DNA of 44,964 bases from Novosphingobium sp. (GCA_041639335.1 JBEQCK010000005.1:1-44964), one strand, 5' to 3'. Shown: positions 20,277 to 30,150, counted from the first letter of the stretch. Program-made: numbers and translations. Notes: generated from the letters alone by a model not told the origin.

Positions 20277-20350
20277 TCGTCCTCTCCTTTTGGCGCAAGG
20301 GCAGACGTCCGGCCGATCCATGGACGAGCAGCGAAGTGCTGCCCGGCCGG

Positions 20351-21019
20351 TCAGTCCTTCTTCGTCACCCAGGCCAGAATGATGTCTGCCACCTGCCCCG
20401 CCCGGCGCTCGATCGCCTCGGGGCTGGTCATGTCCACCCCGAAGTTGTGCGCGAAGGTGAACTGGTTGGAGACGTTGTAGAAACTCAGTGCAGTCAGGTT
20501 GAGGTGGAGGTCGACCGGGTCGATTCCCTCACGGAACACCCCCTCCGCCTGCCCACGCGCGATAATGCTCTCGAGAATGCCGATGACCTTGCGGTTGCCC
20601 TGCGGAAGGCCCTCGATCTGCTTGAGATGTTCTGCGCGATGGATGTTCTCGTTCATCACCAGCCGCACCAGTTCGGGATGGCGCGCGTGATATCGCACGT
20701 CATGCTCGATCAGGCGGCGCAGGGCATCGCTGGCATTGCCGCTCTCGATGTCGACTTCGGCCTCGCTCTCGCGCACGCGGGCATAAGCGCGCTGAAGCAC
20801 CGCACGGTAGAGCTCGTCCTTGCCCTCGAAATAGTAGTAGATCTTGCGCTTGGTCGCCTTGCCCGCGATTTCGTCAATCCGCGCCCCGGCGAGGCCCTTC
20901 TCCACGAACTCGTTGGTCGCGATGTCGATGATCTGGTTGATCGCCTGCTCGCGGCTTTCCGCGCGGCTGCGGCGGGCCGGCTTCGCGGTCTGCTCTGCGG
21001 TGGGATCTGTTTCGGGCAA
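20351..21019 (-). CDS. TetR family regulator
   Basis: EFVEKGLAGARIDEIA...KRKIYYYFEGKDELY and VRLVMNENIH; start uncertain (TTG 21019 after GGAG, or ATG 21100). Confidence 0.88.
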   Translation of the reverse strand: MPETDPTAEQTAKPARRSRAESREQAINQIIDIATNEFVEKGLAGARIDEIAGKATKRKIYYYFEGKDELYRAVLQRAYARVRESEAEVDIESGNASDALRRLIEHDVRYHARHPELVRLVMNENIHRAEHLKQIEGLPQGNRKVIGILESIIARGQAEGVFREGIDPVDLHLNLTALSFYNVSNQFTFAHNFGVDMTSPEAIERRAGQVADIILAWVTKKD

Positions 21020-21223
21020 GGTGGCATTCTCCGCGACTGACGTCGGGTGCAGCAGCTTCGCCTGAAGCGCCAGCCCCGTATCGCGCGATGCTAGCGCCAT
21101 TTCCGACTGCGGTCTGCCCATGACGCGGCGCGCACGGGGGTTTTCCCCACCCGTCACCGCCGCTCCAGCCGCCGCATCGGAATTTCCCTTCACAATCCTC
21201 CCCTTGCGCCCAAACCGCATTTG

Positions 21224-21245
21224 TGTAACGAACTAGTCCCTAACA
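21224..21245. promoter_or_regulatory. Putative TetR operator upstream of the quiC-like operon
   Basis: TGTAACGAACTAGTCCCTAACA, 19/22 identical to 19014-19035. Confidence 0.7.
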
Positions 21246-21307
21246 TTTACAGATGTCAACCATCGAAGAATTGGGCTCGCACGAGCCGAGGCGACGGAGA
21301 GCCTGAA

Positions 21308-23173
21308 GTGCCCATCAAGACGTCCATAGCCACCGTTTCGATCAGCGGTACGCTCGATGCCAAGCTGCAGGCCATCGCCGCGGCCGGATACGACGGGGCC
21401 GAGATCTTCGAGAACGACCTGCTCTCCACGCACCTTTCAGCGCGCGACATCGCCAGCATGATGGCCGACCTCGGCCTTGCCTGCACAATGTTCCAGCCCT
21501 TCCGCGATCTCGACGGCTTGCCCGAGCCGCAACGCACCCGCGCCTTCGACCGGCTCGAACGCAAGTTCGATGTCATGCAGGAGCTTGGCACCGACCTGCT
21601 CCTGCTCTGCTCAAGCTGCTCGCCGATTGCTTCTGCCGACCGGGCCATGACCATCGCCGACCTTCACGAGGCGGGAGAGCGCGCGGCGGCACGCGGCTTG
21701 CGCATCGGCTACGAAGCGCTGGCGTGGGGGCGCCATGTCAACGATCACCGCGATGCCTGGAGCATCGTCCGCGATGTCGATCACCCCGCCATCGGCCTGG
21801 TGCTCGATAGCTTCCACTCGCTTTCGCGCCGCATTCCCTCCTCCAGCATCGGCGATATCCGCGCCGACAAGCTGTTCATCGTGCAAGTGGCCGACGCCCC
21901 GGTGCTCGACATGGACCTCCTGCAATGGAGCCGCCACTTCCGCTCCATGCCCGGCCAAGGCGATTTTCCGCTGGACGATTGGGCGGATGCCATCCGCAAG
22001 ATTGGCTACGACGGCTACTGGAGCCTCGAGATATTCAACGACCGCTTCCGCGCCGGTTCGGCGAGCGGCGTGGCGCTGGATGGCTATCGCTCTCTCCGCC
22101 TTCTCGAAGGCGGGATTGCCAAGCCCTCCGCCTGTGCGTCGGCGCTGCCTGCGCGCGTAAGTACTGCGGGCGTCGAATTCATCGAATTTGCCGCCAGTCA
22201 CGAAGAAGCCGAAGCCTTGGGTGCAATGCTTCGTCCCCTCGGCTTCCGGCCGACCGCGCGTCATCGCAGCAAGGACGTCACCCGCTGGACGCAAGGCGGG
22301 GCGAGCATCGTCGTCAACTGCGAACCCGAAGGCCTCGCGCACAGCTTCGACATGGTGCACGGCGCTGCCGTTTGCGCACTGGGCCTCACAGTGCCCGACG
22401 TTTCCGCCGCCCTCGCCCGCGCCGATTTCCTGCGCATCCCGCGGTTCGAGCAGGCGGTCGGCCCCGATGAGTGGCCGATCCCGAGCGTGCGCGGTGTGGG
22501 CGGCAGCCTGATCTACCTCGTCGACAAAGCCAGCCGGGAAGCGATGTGGGCACATGAGTTCCCCCACGCGCTTGAACCCGAAGCCGCGCCGCTGCTGACC
22601 GGCATCGACCACATCGCACAGACCATGCAGTACGAGGAATTCCTCAGCTGGCTGCTGTTCTACGTCGCCCTGCTCGATGTCGAGAAGACGCCGCAGCTCG
22701 AGATCGCCGATCCGATGGGACTCGTACAGAGCCAGGCTGTGGAGAATGCCGACCGTTCGGTACGCTTCACGCTCAACGGCTCGCTCGCCAGCCAGTCGCT
22801 CACTTCGCGCTTCGTGCAGAACTATTTCGGCGCGGGCGTGCAGCACATCGCTTTCGCCACCACGGATGTCTTTGCCGTGGCCGAAGCCGCCCAGGCCCAT
22901 GGCCTGCCGATGCTGGAAATCCCGCGCAACTATTACGACGATCTCGAAGCACGCTGGGGCCTCGATCCCGTTCTGATCGAGCGAATGGCCCGGCTCGGCA
23001 TCCTGTACGACTGCGATGGCGAAGCAGAATACTTCCAGTTCTACAGCCGCGCCTTCGCCCGTCGCGTATTTTTCGAAGTGGTCGAGCGACGGGGATACGC
23101 GGGATACGGTGCAGCCAACGCACCGATCCGTCTTGCCGCACAGGCCCGGCACAAACCCGAATATCTTGGTTGA
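21308..23173 (+). CDS. quiC: 3-dehydroshikimate dehydratase, QuiC1-type (sugar-phosphate isomerase TIM barrel fused to an HPPD-like domain)
   Basis: SIATVS, EIFEND, FQPFRD, YEALAWG, DSFH, QVADAP, SRHFR, SLEIFND; C-terminal GVQHIAF and FFEVVERRGY-GYGAANA. Confidence 0.85.
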   Translation: MPIKTSIATVSISGTLDAKLQAIAAAGYDGAEIFENDLLSTHLSARDIASMMADLGLACTMFQPFRDLDGLPEPQRTRAFDRLERKFDVMQELGTDLLLLCSSCSPIASADRAMTIADLHEAGERAAARGLRIGYEALAWGRHVNDHRDAWSIVRDVDHPAIGLVLDSFHSLSRRIPSSSIGDIRADKLFIVQVADAPVLDMDLLQWSRHFRSMPGQGDFPLDDWADAIRKIGYDGYWSLEIFNDRFRAGSASGVALDGYRSLRLLEGGIAKPSACASALPARVSTAGVEFIEFAASHEEAEALGAMLRPLGFRPTARHRSKDVTRWTQGGASIVVNCEPEGLAHSFDMVHGAAVCALGLTVPDVSAALARADFLRIPRFEQAVGPDEWPIPSVRGVGGSLIYLVDKASREAMWAHEFPHALEPEAAPLLTGIDHIAQTMQYEEFLSWLLFYVALLDVEKTPQLEIADPMGLVQSQAVENADRSVRFTLNGSLASQSLTSRFVQNYFGAGVQHIAFATTDVFAVAEAAQAHGLPMLEIPRNYYDDLEARWGLDPVLIERMARLGILYDCDGEAEYFQFYSRAFARRVFFEVVERRGYAGYGAANAPIRLAAQARHKPEYLG

Positions 23174-23181
23174 GGAATCCG

Positions 23182-23673
23182 ATGCGCCCGATCGCCATAC
23201 TCGCCGCTCTCTCGCTCGCTACACCAGTCAGCGCACAGACTGCAGAACCCGCGCTGCAATTCGCGTTCGAGGAAACGGTGACGCTCGATGCCGACGTGCC
23301 TGTTGGCCAGACCTCGCTTGGCACGCGCAACATCGTGCCTATCACCGGCGGCACTTTCGAAGGGCCCGGCATTCGCGGTACGATCATGGGCGGGGGCTGG
23401 GACTGGCAATTGCGCCGGGCCGATGGCTGCCTGCAGATCAAGGCCGACTACATGCTGCGCACCGATGACGGTGCAGTGATCAATGTGGTCAACACCGGCG
23501 TCAGTTGCCGTGCCAAGGACCCGAACGCCATGGTTCGCACCCACCCCGTGTTCGAGGCACCGCAGGGCAAGTACGACTGGCTCTCGCAAGGCTGCTTCAT
23601 CGGCACGCTCGATCCGGTGAGCCTGCCTGATGGCAAGCGTGCGGTGCGCATCCGCTTCTACCGCGTCACCTGA
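23182..23673 (+). CDS. Exported DUF3237/UPF0311-like beta-barrel protein
   Basis: Signal peptide; R-x2-PITGGTFEGP, GGWDWQ, Y-x3-TDDGA-x-I-x-V-x-N-x-G, RTHPVFEAP, YDWL. Confidence 0.8.
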   Translation: MRPIAILAALSLATPVSAQTAEPALQFAFEETVTLDADVPVGQTSLGTRNIVPITGGTFEGPGIRGTIMGGGWDWQLRRADGCLQIKADYMLRTDDGAVINVVNTGVSCRAKDPNAMVRTHPVFEAPQGKYDWLSQGCFIGTLDPVSLPDGKRAVRIRFYRVT

Positions 23674-23708
23674 TCGCCCAACGATAAACAGATCAAGGAG
23701 AGGACAAG

Positions 23709-24695
23709 ATGGCCCGTTTCACCCCGCTGCTGGCGCTCGCCTGCGCCGCTCTCGTCACGACGCCCGCCTCGGCCGAGCGCGTGGTTCCGGTCAATCCCGA
23801 ACCTTCGATGGCGGACAAGTTCCCGCAAGTGCCCGTCGCCTTCCCCAGCGGGGTCAAGGCGTGGCGCGACGTGACCTACCAGGTCAATGCCGGCTACCGC
23901 CCGCAGATTGTCGACATCTACGTGCCCGCTGGCAAGGGACCGCATCCGCTGGTGCTTTACATCCATGGGGGTGGCTGGATGGGCGGCCATACCCGCCAGT
24001 CCGGCGCCTTCGACGACTTCCCCAAGATGCTTGCCGCCTTCGCCGCAGAAGGCTTCACCGTGGCCAGCGTCGAATACCGCCTCTCGGGCGAGGCGACCTT
24101 CCCAGCGCAGGCGAAGGACGTTTTCGCCGCCCTGCGCTTCCTGCGCGAGAATGCCGCGCAGTATCACATCGACCCGGCCCGCGTCGGAGTGTTCGGCGGT
24201 TCCGCCGGCGGTCATCTGGCAGCACTCGCCGGCCTTGCCTGTAACGGTGGCAAGATAGACGCCGCGCTGGATTCCGCTTCGGCCCAGGATGCCTGCGTTC
24301 AGGCCACCGCCGCATGGTACGGCATCTACGATTTCGCCACGATGCCGCGCATCACCCAGAAGGATTCCGCCGAACAGCGCCTGCTCGGCTGCAAGGACGG
24401 GGCGTGCCCCGCCGAGGCAATCCGCGCCGCCAGCCCGATCACGTACGTCGATGCAAAGGATCCGCCGTTTCTCCTGCTTCACGGTGTTGACGACAAGGTC
24501 GTGCCCGTCGCGCAGTCGCACCAACTCGAGGCCGCGCTGAAGTCTGCCGGCGTGCCGGTCAGCGCCACCTACTACCCGGCCACCGACCACAGCTTCATGG
24601 GCCAGACGCCCGACGACACCCGCAGGACTTCGCTCAAGGCGATGAACGCCACTTTCGACTTCTTCCACGACAAGCTGGGAGTGGCGCGCAAGTGA
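23709..24695 (+). CDS. Exported alpha/beta-hydrolase esterase (HSL-like)
   Basis: Signal peptide; IHGGGW, GGSAGG nucleophile elbow, HGVDD, late His (DHSF). Confidence 0.88.
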   Translation: MARFTPLLALACAALVTTPASAERVVPVNPEPSMADKFPQVPVAFPSGVKAWRDVTYQVNAGYRPQIVDIYVPAGKGPHPLVLYIHGGGWMGGHTRQSGAFDDFPKMLAAFAAEGFTVASVEYRLSGEATFPAQAKDVFAALRFLRENAAQYHIDPARVGVFGGSAGGHLAALAGLACNGGKIDAALDSASAQDACVQATAAWYGIYDFATMPRITQKDSAEQRLLGCKDGACPAEAIRAASPITYVDAKDPPFLLLHGVDDKVVPVAQSHQLEAALKSAGVPVSATYYPATDHSFMGQTPDDTRRTSLKAMNATFDFFHDKLGVARK

Positions 24696-26251
24696 TCCGC
24701 AAGCTGATCGCGACGCTGCTCCTCGCCGCAGCACCTCCAGCTCTGGCCGAACCAATCGCTATCGACGGCGGGCAAATCGAAGGCGTCACCCTTCCCTCCG
24801 GCGTCGAGGCCTGGCTGGGCGTGCCCTTTGCCGCGCCCCCCTTGCGTGACCTGCGCTGGAAGGCGCCGCAGCCGGTGCAGCCGTGGCAAGGCGTTCTCCA
24901 CGCTGATCGCTTCGCGCCGGAATGCCTGCAACCCTTGCGCGGCGCGTTGCAGAACCACTACTTCGGCAACGAGGCGACCAGCGAAGACTGCCTCTACCTC
25001 AATATCTGGGCGCCGAAGAATGCGGCCAAGGCTCCGGTCGTGGTGTGGATCTATGGCGGCGGATTCAATATCGGCTCGGCCTCGATGGCCAACTACTCAG
25101 GCGAGCCACTGGCGCGCGATGGGGTGGTCCGGGTCAACCTGGCCTACCGCGTCGGCGCGCTGGGCTTCCTGGCGCACCCAGACCTTACCGCCGAAGCAGG
25201 CGCTTCGGGCAACTATGGCCTGATGGACCAGATCGCGGGGCTGCAATGGGTTCAGCGCAACATCGCCAGGTTCGGCGGCGATCCTGCCAATGTCACCATC
25301 GTCGGCCAATCGGCCGGGGCGATGTCAGTCTCGTTGCTGCAGGCGTCGCCGCTGGCCAAGGGCCTCTTTGCGAAGGCCGTGGCCATGAGCGGCAGCGCCT
25401 TTGGCGGGATGCTCGGCCCGGTGCCGCTGGCCAAGGCCGAAGAACAGGGCCTTGCTCTGCAGAAAGAATTAGGAGCGGCCTCGCTTGCCGAAATGCGGGC
25501 CCTCCCCGGTGACCGCATCGTCGCCGCGACGACCCGGCGCGATCCCATCATCCGCGATGGCAAGGCCGTCACCGGCACCAACGAAGAGGTTTTCGCTGCA
25601 CGTCAGCAGTCCGACATCCCAGTACTGATCGGCTACACCCACGACGAGAGCTTTCGTCCCTTCGCACCTGCGGAGGACAGCCTTGGCCTCGCTGCTGCCG
25701 TCCGCGAGCGCTATCCCGCGGGCGCCGATGCAATCATGAAGGCATATGCCGCAAGCGGTCCGCGCACCGCCACTGACATCGCGCGCGATGGCTCGGTCGG
25801 CCTGCAGATGGGCGATTGGGCGCTGGCGCAGCGCAAGTACGGAACCGCGCCCGCCTACGCCTACCTGTTCGCGCGCCGCCAGCCTTATGCACCGGGAATC
25901 GTCTTCAGCGACCACGATCCGGCTACGGTCGGTGCTTACCACACCGGCGACGTGCCCTATTGGCTGCGGACGCGCGATGCCCTCAACCTGTTCCGCGCCA
26001 CCCGTATCTGGGAGCCCGCCGACCAGGCTCTCGAAAACGAGATGGCGGGCGCGCTGCTGTCCTTTGCCCGCACCGGCGCGCCACGTAGCGCCACGATCGG
26101 CGCCTGGCCTGCCTTCAACCCTGGTCGCCCGCAACTGGTCTGGCTCGGGGAAAAATCGTCAGTCGTGACCTGGCCGCATCTTGCCAACTTCGACCTGCTG
26201 CGGGGTGGCAAGACGCCAACCCGCCCGGCAAACTCGCGGCCAAGGGACTGA
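24692..26251 (+). CDS. Exported type-B carboxylesterase
   Basis: Signal peptide; GVPFAAPP, SEDCLYLNIW, YGGGF, GNYGLMDQ, GQSAG, HDES, YHTGD. Confidence 0.92.
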   Translation: MIRKLIATLLLAAAPPALAEPIAIDGGQIEGVTLPSGVEAWLGVPFAAPPLRDLRWKAPQPVQPWQGVLHADRFAPECLQPLRGALQNHYFGNEATSEDCLYLNIWAPKNAAKAPVVVWIYGGGFNIGSASMANYSGEPLARDGVVRVNLAYRVGALGFLAHPDLTAEAGASGNYGLMDQIAGLQWVQRNIARFGGDPANVTIVGQSAGAMSVSLLQASPLAKGLFAKAVAMSGSAFGGMLGPVPLAKAEEQGLALQKELGAASLAEMRALPGDRIVAATTRRDPIIRDGKAVTGTNEEVFAARQQSDIPVLIGYTHDESFRPFAPAEDSLGLAAAVRERYPAGADAIMKAYAASGPRTATDIARDGSVGLQMGDWALAQRKYGTAPAYAYLFARRQPYAPGIVFSDHDPATVGAYHTGDVPYWLRTRDALNLFRATRIWEPADQALENEMAGALLSFARTGAPRSATIGAWPAFNPGRPQLVWLGEKSSVVTWPHLANFDLLRGGKTPTRPANSRPRD

Positions 26252-27339
26252 TGCGCCCATTCTTCCGGTTCTTCTGCGCGGCAATCGCGGCACTGCTCGC
26301 CTCCGCCCCGGCGGAGGCGCAGCCCGCCGACTGCAGCGCGGATGCAGAACTCACCTATGTGTGCGGCCTGCAGAGGCCGGAGGATTTGCTGGCTCTGCCC
26401 GGCACCTCATGGCTGGTCGTGAGCGGATTTGCAGAAGGCTCCGGTCTGAAGCTTGTCGACGCCCGTGCACGATCCTACCGGCAATGGTACACCGGCGACG
26501 AAAGCCAGCTTGCCCACGACGCGGAAGCCTTCCCTGATTGCCCGGGCCCGCCGGACCCTGCATTGTTCAACACCCGCGGGCTGTCACTGCGTCCCTTGGC
26601 GGTCGGCCATTTTCGCCTGCTTGTGGTCAACCATGGCGGGCGGGAATCGATCGAGGCATTCGATGTCATGCTCGAGCAGGGCAAGGAGCCCAACCTGCTG
26701 TGGCGTGGTTGCGCGGCCATGCCTGCAGGACAGGTCGGCAACAGCGTGGCGCAATTCGCGGATGGGACAATGCTTGTCACGGTCCTGACCCGACCGGGCA
26801 CCAGCATCGGCGATTTCATGCTCGGTCGCCGGACTGGCGCCGTCTGGCAGCGACGTCCCGGCGACCGCCATTTCCGACTTCTGCCCGGCACGGACCTGCC
26901 CGGAAACAACGGCATAGAAATCGATCCCGACCAGCGACGCTTCTATGTTGTGTCATTCGGATGGCACGCCGTGGTGGTGTTTGACCGCAAAGACACCCGC
27001 CGCCCTCTCGCTCGCATCACTGCGCCCGATTTCATGCCGGACAACATTCACTGGACCGGCGGACGGCTCCTGCTCGCCGGAATGCGGCTCGACGAACCGG
27101 CGTGCGGCGGCTTGCGCAAGGTCGTGAACGGAGAAGCAGACCCTATGCTCTGCAAGCGAGGCTGGATCGTCGGCGAGCTTGACACAAGCGCCGGGCGCAT
27201 CGCCACTTTCGCCTATGGCACTCCCCGCCAGCACTTTAACGGCCTGTCGGCAGCCGCCTTGGTGGGACAGGAACTCTGGCTCGGTTCCTTCCAGAGCGAA
27301 AGGTTGGGATTCACGGAAAGGTCCCAAGGCCCGAGATAA
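26251..27339 (+). CDS. Exported paraoxonase/SMP-30-like beta-propeller (arylesterase/lactonase)
   Basis: Signal peptide; PEDL, LLVVNHGGRESIEAF, NNGIE and PDNI motifs. Confidence 0.7.
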   Translation: MRPFFRFFCAAIAALLASAPAEAQPADCSADAELTYVCGLQRPEDLLALPGTSWLVVSGFAEGSGLKLVDARARSYRQWYTGDESQLAHDAEAFPDCPGPPDPALFNTRGLSLRPLAVGHFRLLVVNHGGRESIEAFDVMLEQGKEPNLLWRGCAAMPAGQVGNSVAQFADGTMLVTVLTRPGTSIGDFMLGRRTGAVWQRRPGDRHFRLLPGTDLPGNNGIEIDPDQRRFYVVSFGWHAVVVFDRKDTRRPLARITAPDFMPDNIHWTGGRLLLAGMRLDEPACGGLRKVVNGEADPMLCKRGWIVGELDTSAGRIATFAYGTPRQHFNGLSAAALVGQELWLGSFQSERLGFTERSQGPR

Positions 27340-27405
27340 AGGCAAGCGGCTCTTGTGACAGCCAGCCTGACCGCAGCACATCTCGCATGCGCCCCTTTGC
27401 AGTTT

Positions 27406-27487
27406 GCCGATGATTTTCCTTGGGAAAGCACCTTAAAGAAGGTGGTGCCGCTTACGTGACTCGAACACGTGACCCCATCATTACGAA
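27406..27487. repeat. Left att direct repeat: 3' 45 nt of tRNA-Thr plus 37 nt of downstream flank
   Basis: 82 bp, one mismatch to 40087-40168; identity ends at the anticodon loop (TTACGAA). Confidence 0.95.
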
Positions 27488-27906
27488 AGTGATTATCATT
27501 ATCAATAAAGATGAGTGTTTTCAGGCGCTTTGATGACGAGATTTGCCAAAAATCTCGTTTGCCCCAGGCCTGCCCCAAGTTGTGTCATACCCGAGCTAGG
27601 GCGCGATCAAGGTTAAAGCACTTTCGCCTTATCAAATCCGCCGAAGTGACCCGTGCCAGCCCCGGTTTTGCAGGTTGGGTCTAACGCAAGGCGGGGGGCA
27701 GGCTTCGGTCCCTCGGGCTATCAGGGACGGGTACTCCGAAGATGCCACCGCTTGACGCGGATGTGATCGAGCCTGGCTGCGCAGGGGCCGAGAACCTTTG
27801 GCGGCAGGAATATTACTGCTTTCCGGCTCGTTCGGTAACCAGCGCTGTAGTCCTTTAACCCATTGTTTATGCAGCCCTCGCTACCCCGGCAGAGGAGGGT
27901 GCTTGC

Positions 27907-30150
27907 ATGCAGATGGATGATAAGATTGAAAAAGAACGGCTGGCAACCCTCCACTCTCTCAAGCTGCTTGATACGGCGAGCCAAGAGCGCTTCGAAAGGG
28001 TCACTCGATTTTGCAGCGAGTTGTTCGATTGCACAATCTCGTTGATCAGTCTGGTCGACGCGAACCGCCAGTGGTTTCTGGCAAAGACCGGTACTGAGGT
28101 CCGCGAGACCTCTCGCGACGGGTCATTTTGCAGCTACGCAATCGAATCAGGCCGCAGCCTCCTCGTCAGGGATGCGCTAACGGATGAACGGTTCTGTACG
28201 AGCCCTTTGGTAACCGGCCTCCCACATATACGATCCTACCTTGGGCAACCTATTGTAGCCTACGACGGCAGCCTGATCGGCGTGCTTTGCGTGATAGATC
28301 AGCGCCCAGATCGTTTTGACGAAAAGCATCTCAGCCAACTAAGTGTTCTGAGCAAGATTGTCGAAGATCTCATCCATGCACATCAGCAGGATTTGGATGC
28401 CACGTACAATTTGGCACATCTCCGCGAGAGATCGGATCGACTGGAGCAGTCCAATCTGATCTTTGCGCAAGCAGAGAAGGTCGCCAACATCGGTTCGTGG
28501 GAACTGCATATCGAAACGGGGAAGATGACCTACTCCGCCGAAAGCTATGCGATTCTGGAAAGGCCGGACGCTCCTGTTTGGAAGATCGAAGACGCTCTTA
28601 ATATCTATGACCCAGAGGATCTTTCTGTTGTGCAAGCCGCACTGGCTAAGGCGATTGCAACTCAAGGGTCTGCACAGGCGGAAGCGAATATCATTGTTCC
28701 TTCGGGAAAGAAGAAGAGGCTGAAGGTTATCGGGCAGTATATGCAGCCAACCTTGGAAAATCCTGCGAGACTTGTTGGGATCATGCAGGATGTAACCGAG
28801 GTGCATCAGGCCCAGATGGCGCTGCAACGTGCAGCTGACTACGACGCCTTGACAAATCTGCTAAACAGGCATGCGTTTGATCGTCATCTTGGTCAACAGT
28901 TCTTCGAGCATCGTCGCTCCGGTCGCGACTTCTTTGCGTTGTTGCTTGATCTGGACGGCTTTAAGGACATCAACGACACCTTCGGGCACCTCGTCGGCGA
29001 TATTGTGCTGAAGGAGATCAGCTCGCGCATCCTTGAGGTGGTGCCGACTGATGCTGTGGTTGCTCGCTGGGGAGGCGATGAGTTTGCAGTAATAACACCC
29101 TTGGGCACTTCAGAGGACGAAGCGACAACAATTGGCGAGGAACTTATTGGCGCTATCTCTCAGGAAGTGGACATATCCGGCCGAAAGCTCGCGATAACTG
29201 CAACATGCGGTCTCGCCAGAACCGGTGAATCAGTAGTAGCGCGCGAGTTGCTGAGGCGCGCAGATTTAGCGCTCTATCACGGAAAAGCACGGGAACCTGG
29301 CCGCACCCATCACTACCGCCTGGACCTTGAGCGCGACAACCGCCTGCGACATGAGGCTATCAGCTTGGTCCGTAGCGCACTCACAGATGATCGCATGTAC
29401 GCTGGTTACCAGCCGATTGTGGACTTGCAATCAAATGAAATCGTCGGCTTTGAAGCACTTATGCGGTTGAGTACGCGGTCCGGTGAGCGCTTGACGGCTC
29501 TGCAGGTACTACCCGCGATCCTTGACCCCATTCTGTCCAGGGACATCAGCGACCGAATGCTGGACCATTTTTGCACAGACTTCCCCATCCTTAGTGCAGA
29601 TCAGCCTAGCGTCAAGTTTGTCAGCTTGAATGCGACCGAAGCGGACCTCCTCAGTCGAGACTTTGCTGACAGCATGCTTTCCACATTCCGGCGTCGAAGA
29701 ATCAGTCCGGATTGCGTCACACTGGAGATCACCGAGACGATGTTGTTGGTCAACGATAGCGCCGCCGTACAAGCGGTTTTGTCCAAGCTCAGAGCCGCAG
29801 GAGTGGAAATCGCGCTCGACGATTTCGGCACAGGATTTTCCTCGCTGACACATTTGCGGGACTTCCCAATCGATAAGGTCAAAATCGATGGGAGTTTCGT
29901 CCAGAAGATGAACACTGACCATCAAACGCGGTTGATTGTCCAGGCGCTTATCGCGATGGCCCAAAACCTGGGCAAAGAAGTCATAGCTGAAGGCGTTGAA
30001 ACTGACGAACAACGCGACCTTCTTCTGCAGATGGGGTGCCAGTATGGTCAGGGTTACCTCTTCAGTCCAGCCGAGCCCGTAGCCAAGGTAGCGGCCCTCA
30101 ATTTTGGTTTCGTCCCGGCCTATAACAACATTGTCTCGTTAGCTGGCTAA
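27907..30150 (+). CDS. GAF-PAS-GGDEF-EAL diguanylate cyclase/phosphodiesterase
   Basis: GAF (ERLATL...LLDT, FC, D-x-RF, SYLGQP), PAS (IGSWE), DLDGFKDINDTFGH, RWGGDEF, FEAL, EITE, DDFGTGFSSL, KID, EGVE, QGY. Confidence 0.93.
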   Translation: MQMDDKIEKERLATLHSLKLLDTASQERFERVTRFCSELFDCTISLISLVDANRQWFLAKTGTEVRETSRDGSFCSYAIESGRSLLVRDALTDERFCTSPLVTGLPHIRSYLGQPIVAYDGSLIGVLCVIDQRPDRFDEKHLSQLSVLSKIVEDLIHAHQQDLDATYNLAHLRERSDRLEQSNLIFAQAEKVANIGSWELHIETGKMTYSAESYAILERPDAPVWKIEDALNIYDPEDLSVVQAALAKAIATQGSAQAEANIIVPSGKKKRLKVIGQYMQPTLENPARLVGIMQDVTEVHQAQMALQRAADYDALTNLLNRHAFDRHLGQQFFEHRRSGRDFFALLLDLDGFKDINDTFGHLVGDIVLKEISSRILEVVPTDAVVARWGGDEFAVITPLGTSEDEATTIGEELIGAISQEVDISGRKLAITATCGLARTGESVVARELLRRADLALYHGKAREPGRTHHYRLDLERDNRLRHEAISLVRSALTDDRMYAGYQPIVDLQSNEIVGFEALMRLSTRSGERLTALQVLPAILDPILSRDISDRMLDHFCTDFPILSADQPSVKFVSLNATEADLLSRDFADSMLSTFRRRRISPDCVTLEITETMLLVNDSAAVQAVLSKLRAAGVEIALDDFGTGFSSLTHLRDFPIDKVKIDGSFVQKMNTDHQTRLIVQALIAMAQNLGKEVIAEGVETDEQRDLLLQMGCQYGQGYLFSPAEPVAKVAALNFGFVPAYNNIVSLAG

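Noticed and set aside
15118-27339. Catabolic locus as part of the integrative element
   Set aside because: It lies outside the att repeats and looks host-like in composition; no further att copy seen near rnhA
27443-27487. Second tRNA-Thr gene
   Set aside because: Only the 3' 45 nt are present; it is the att duplication
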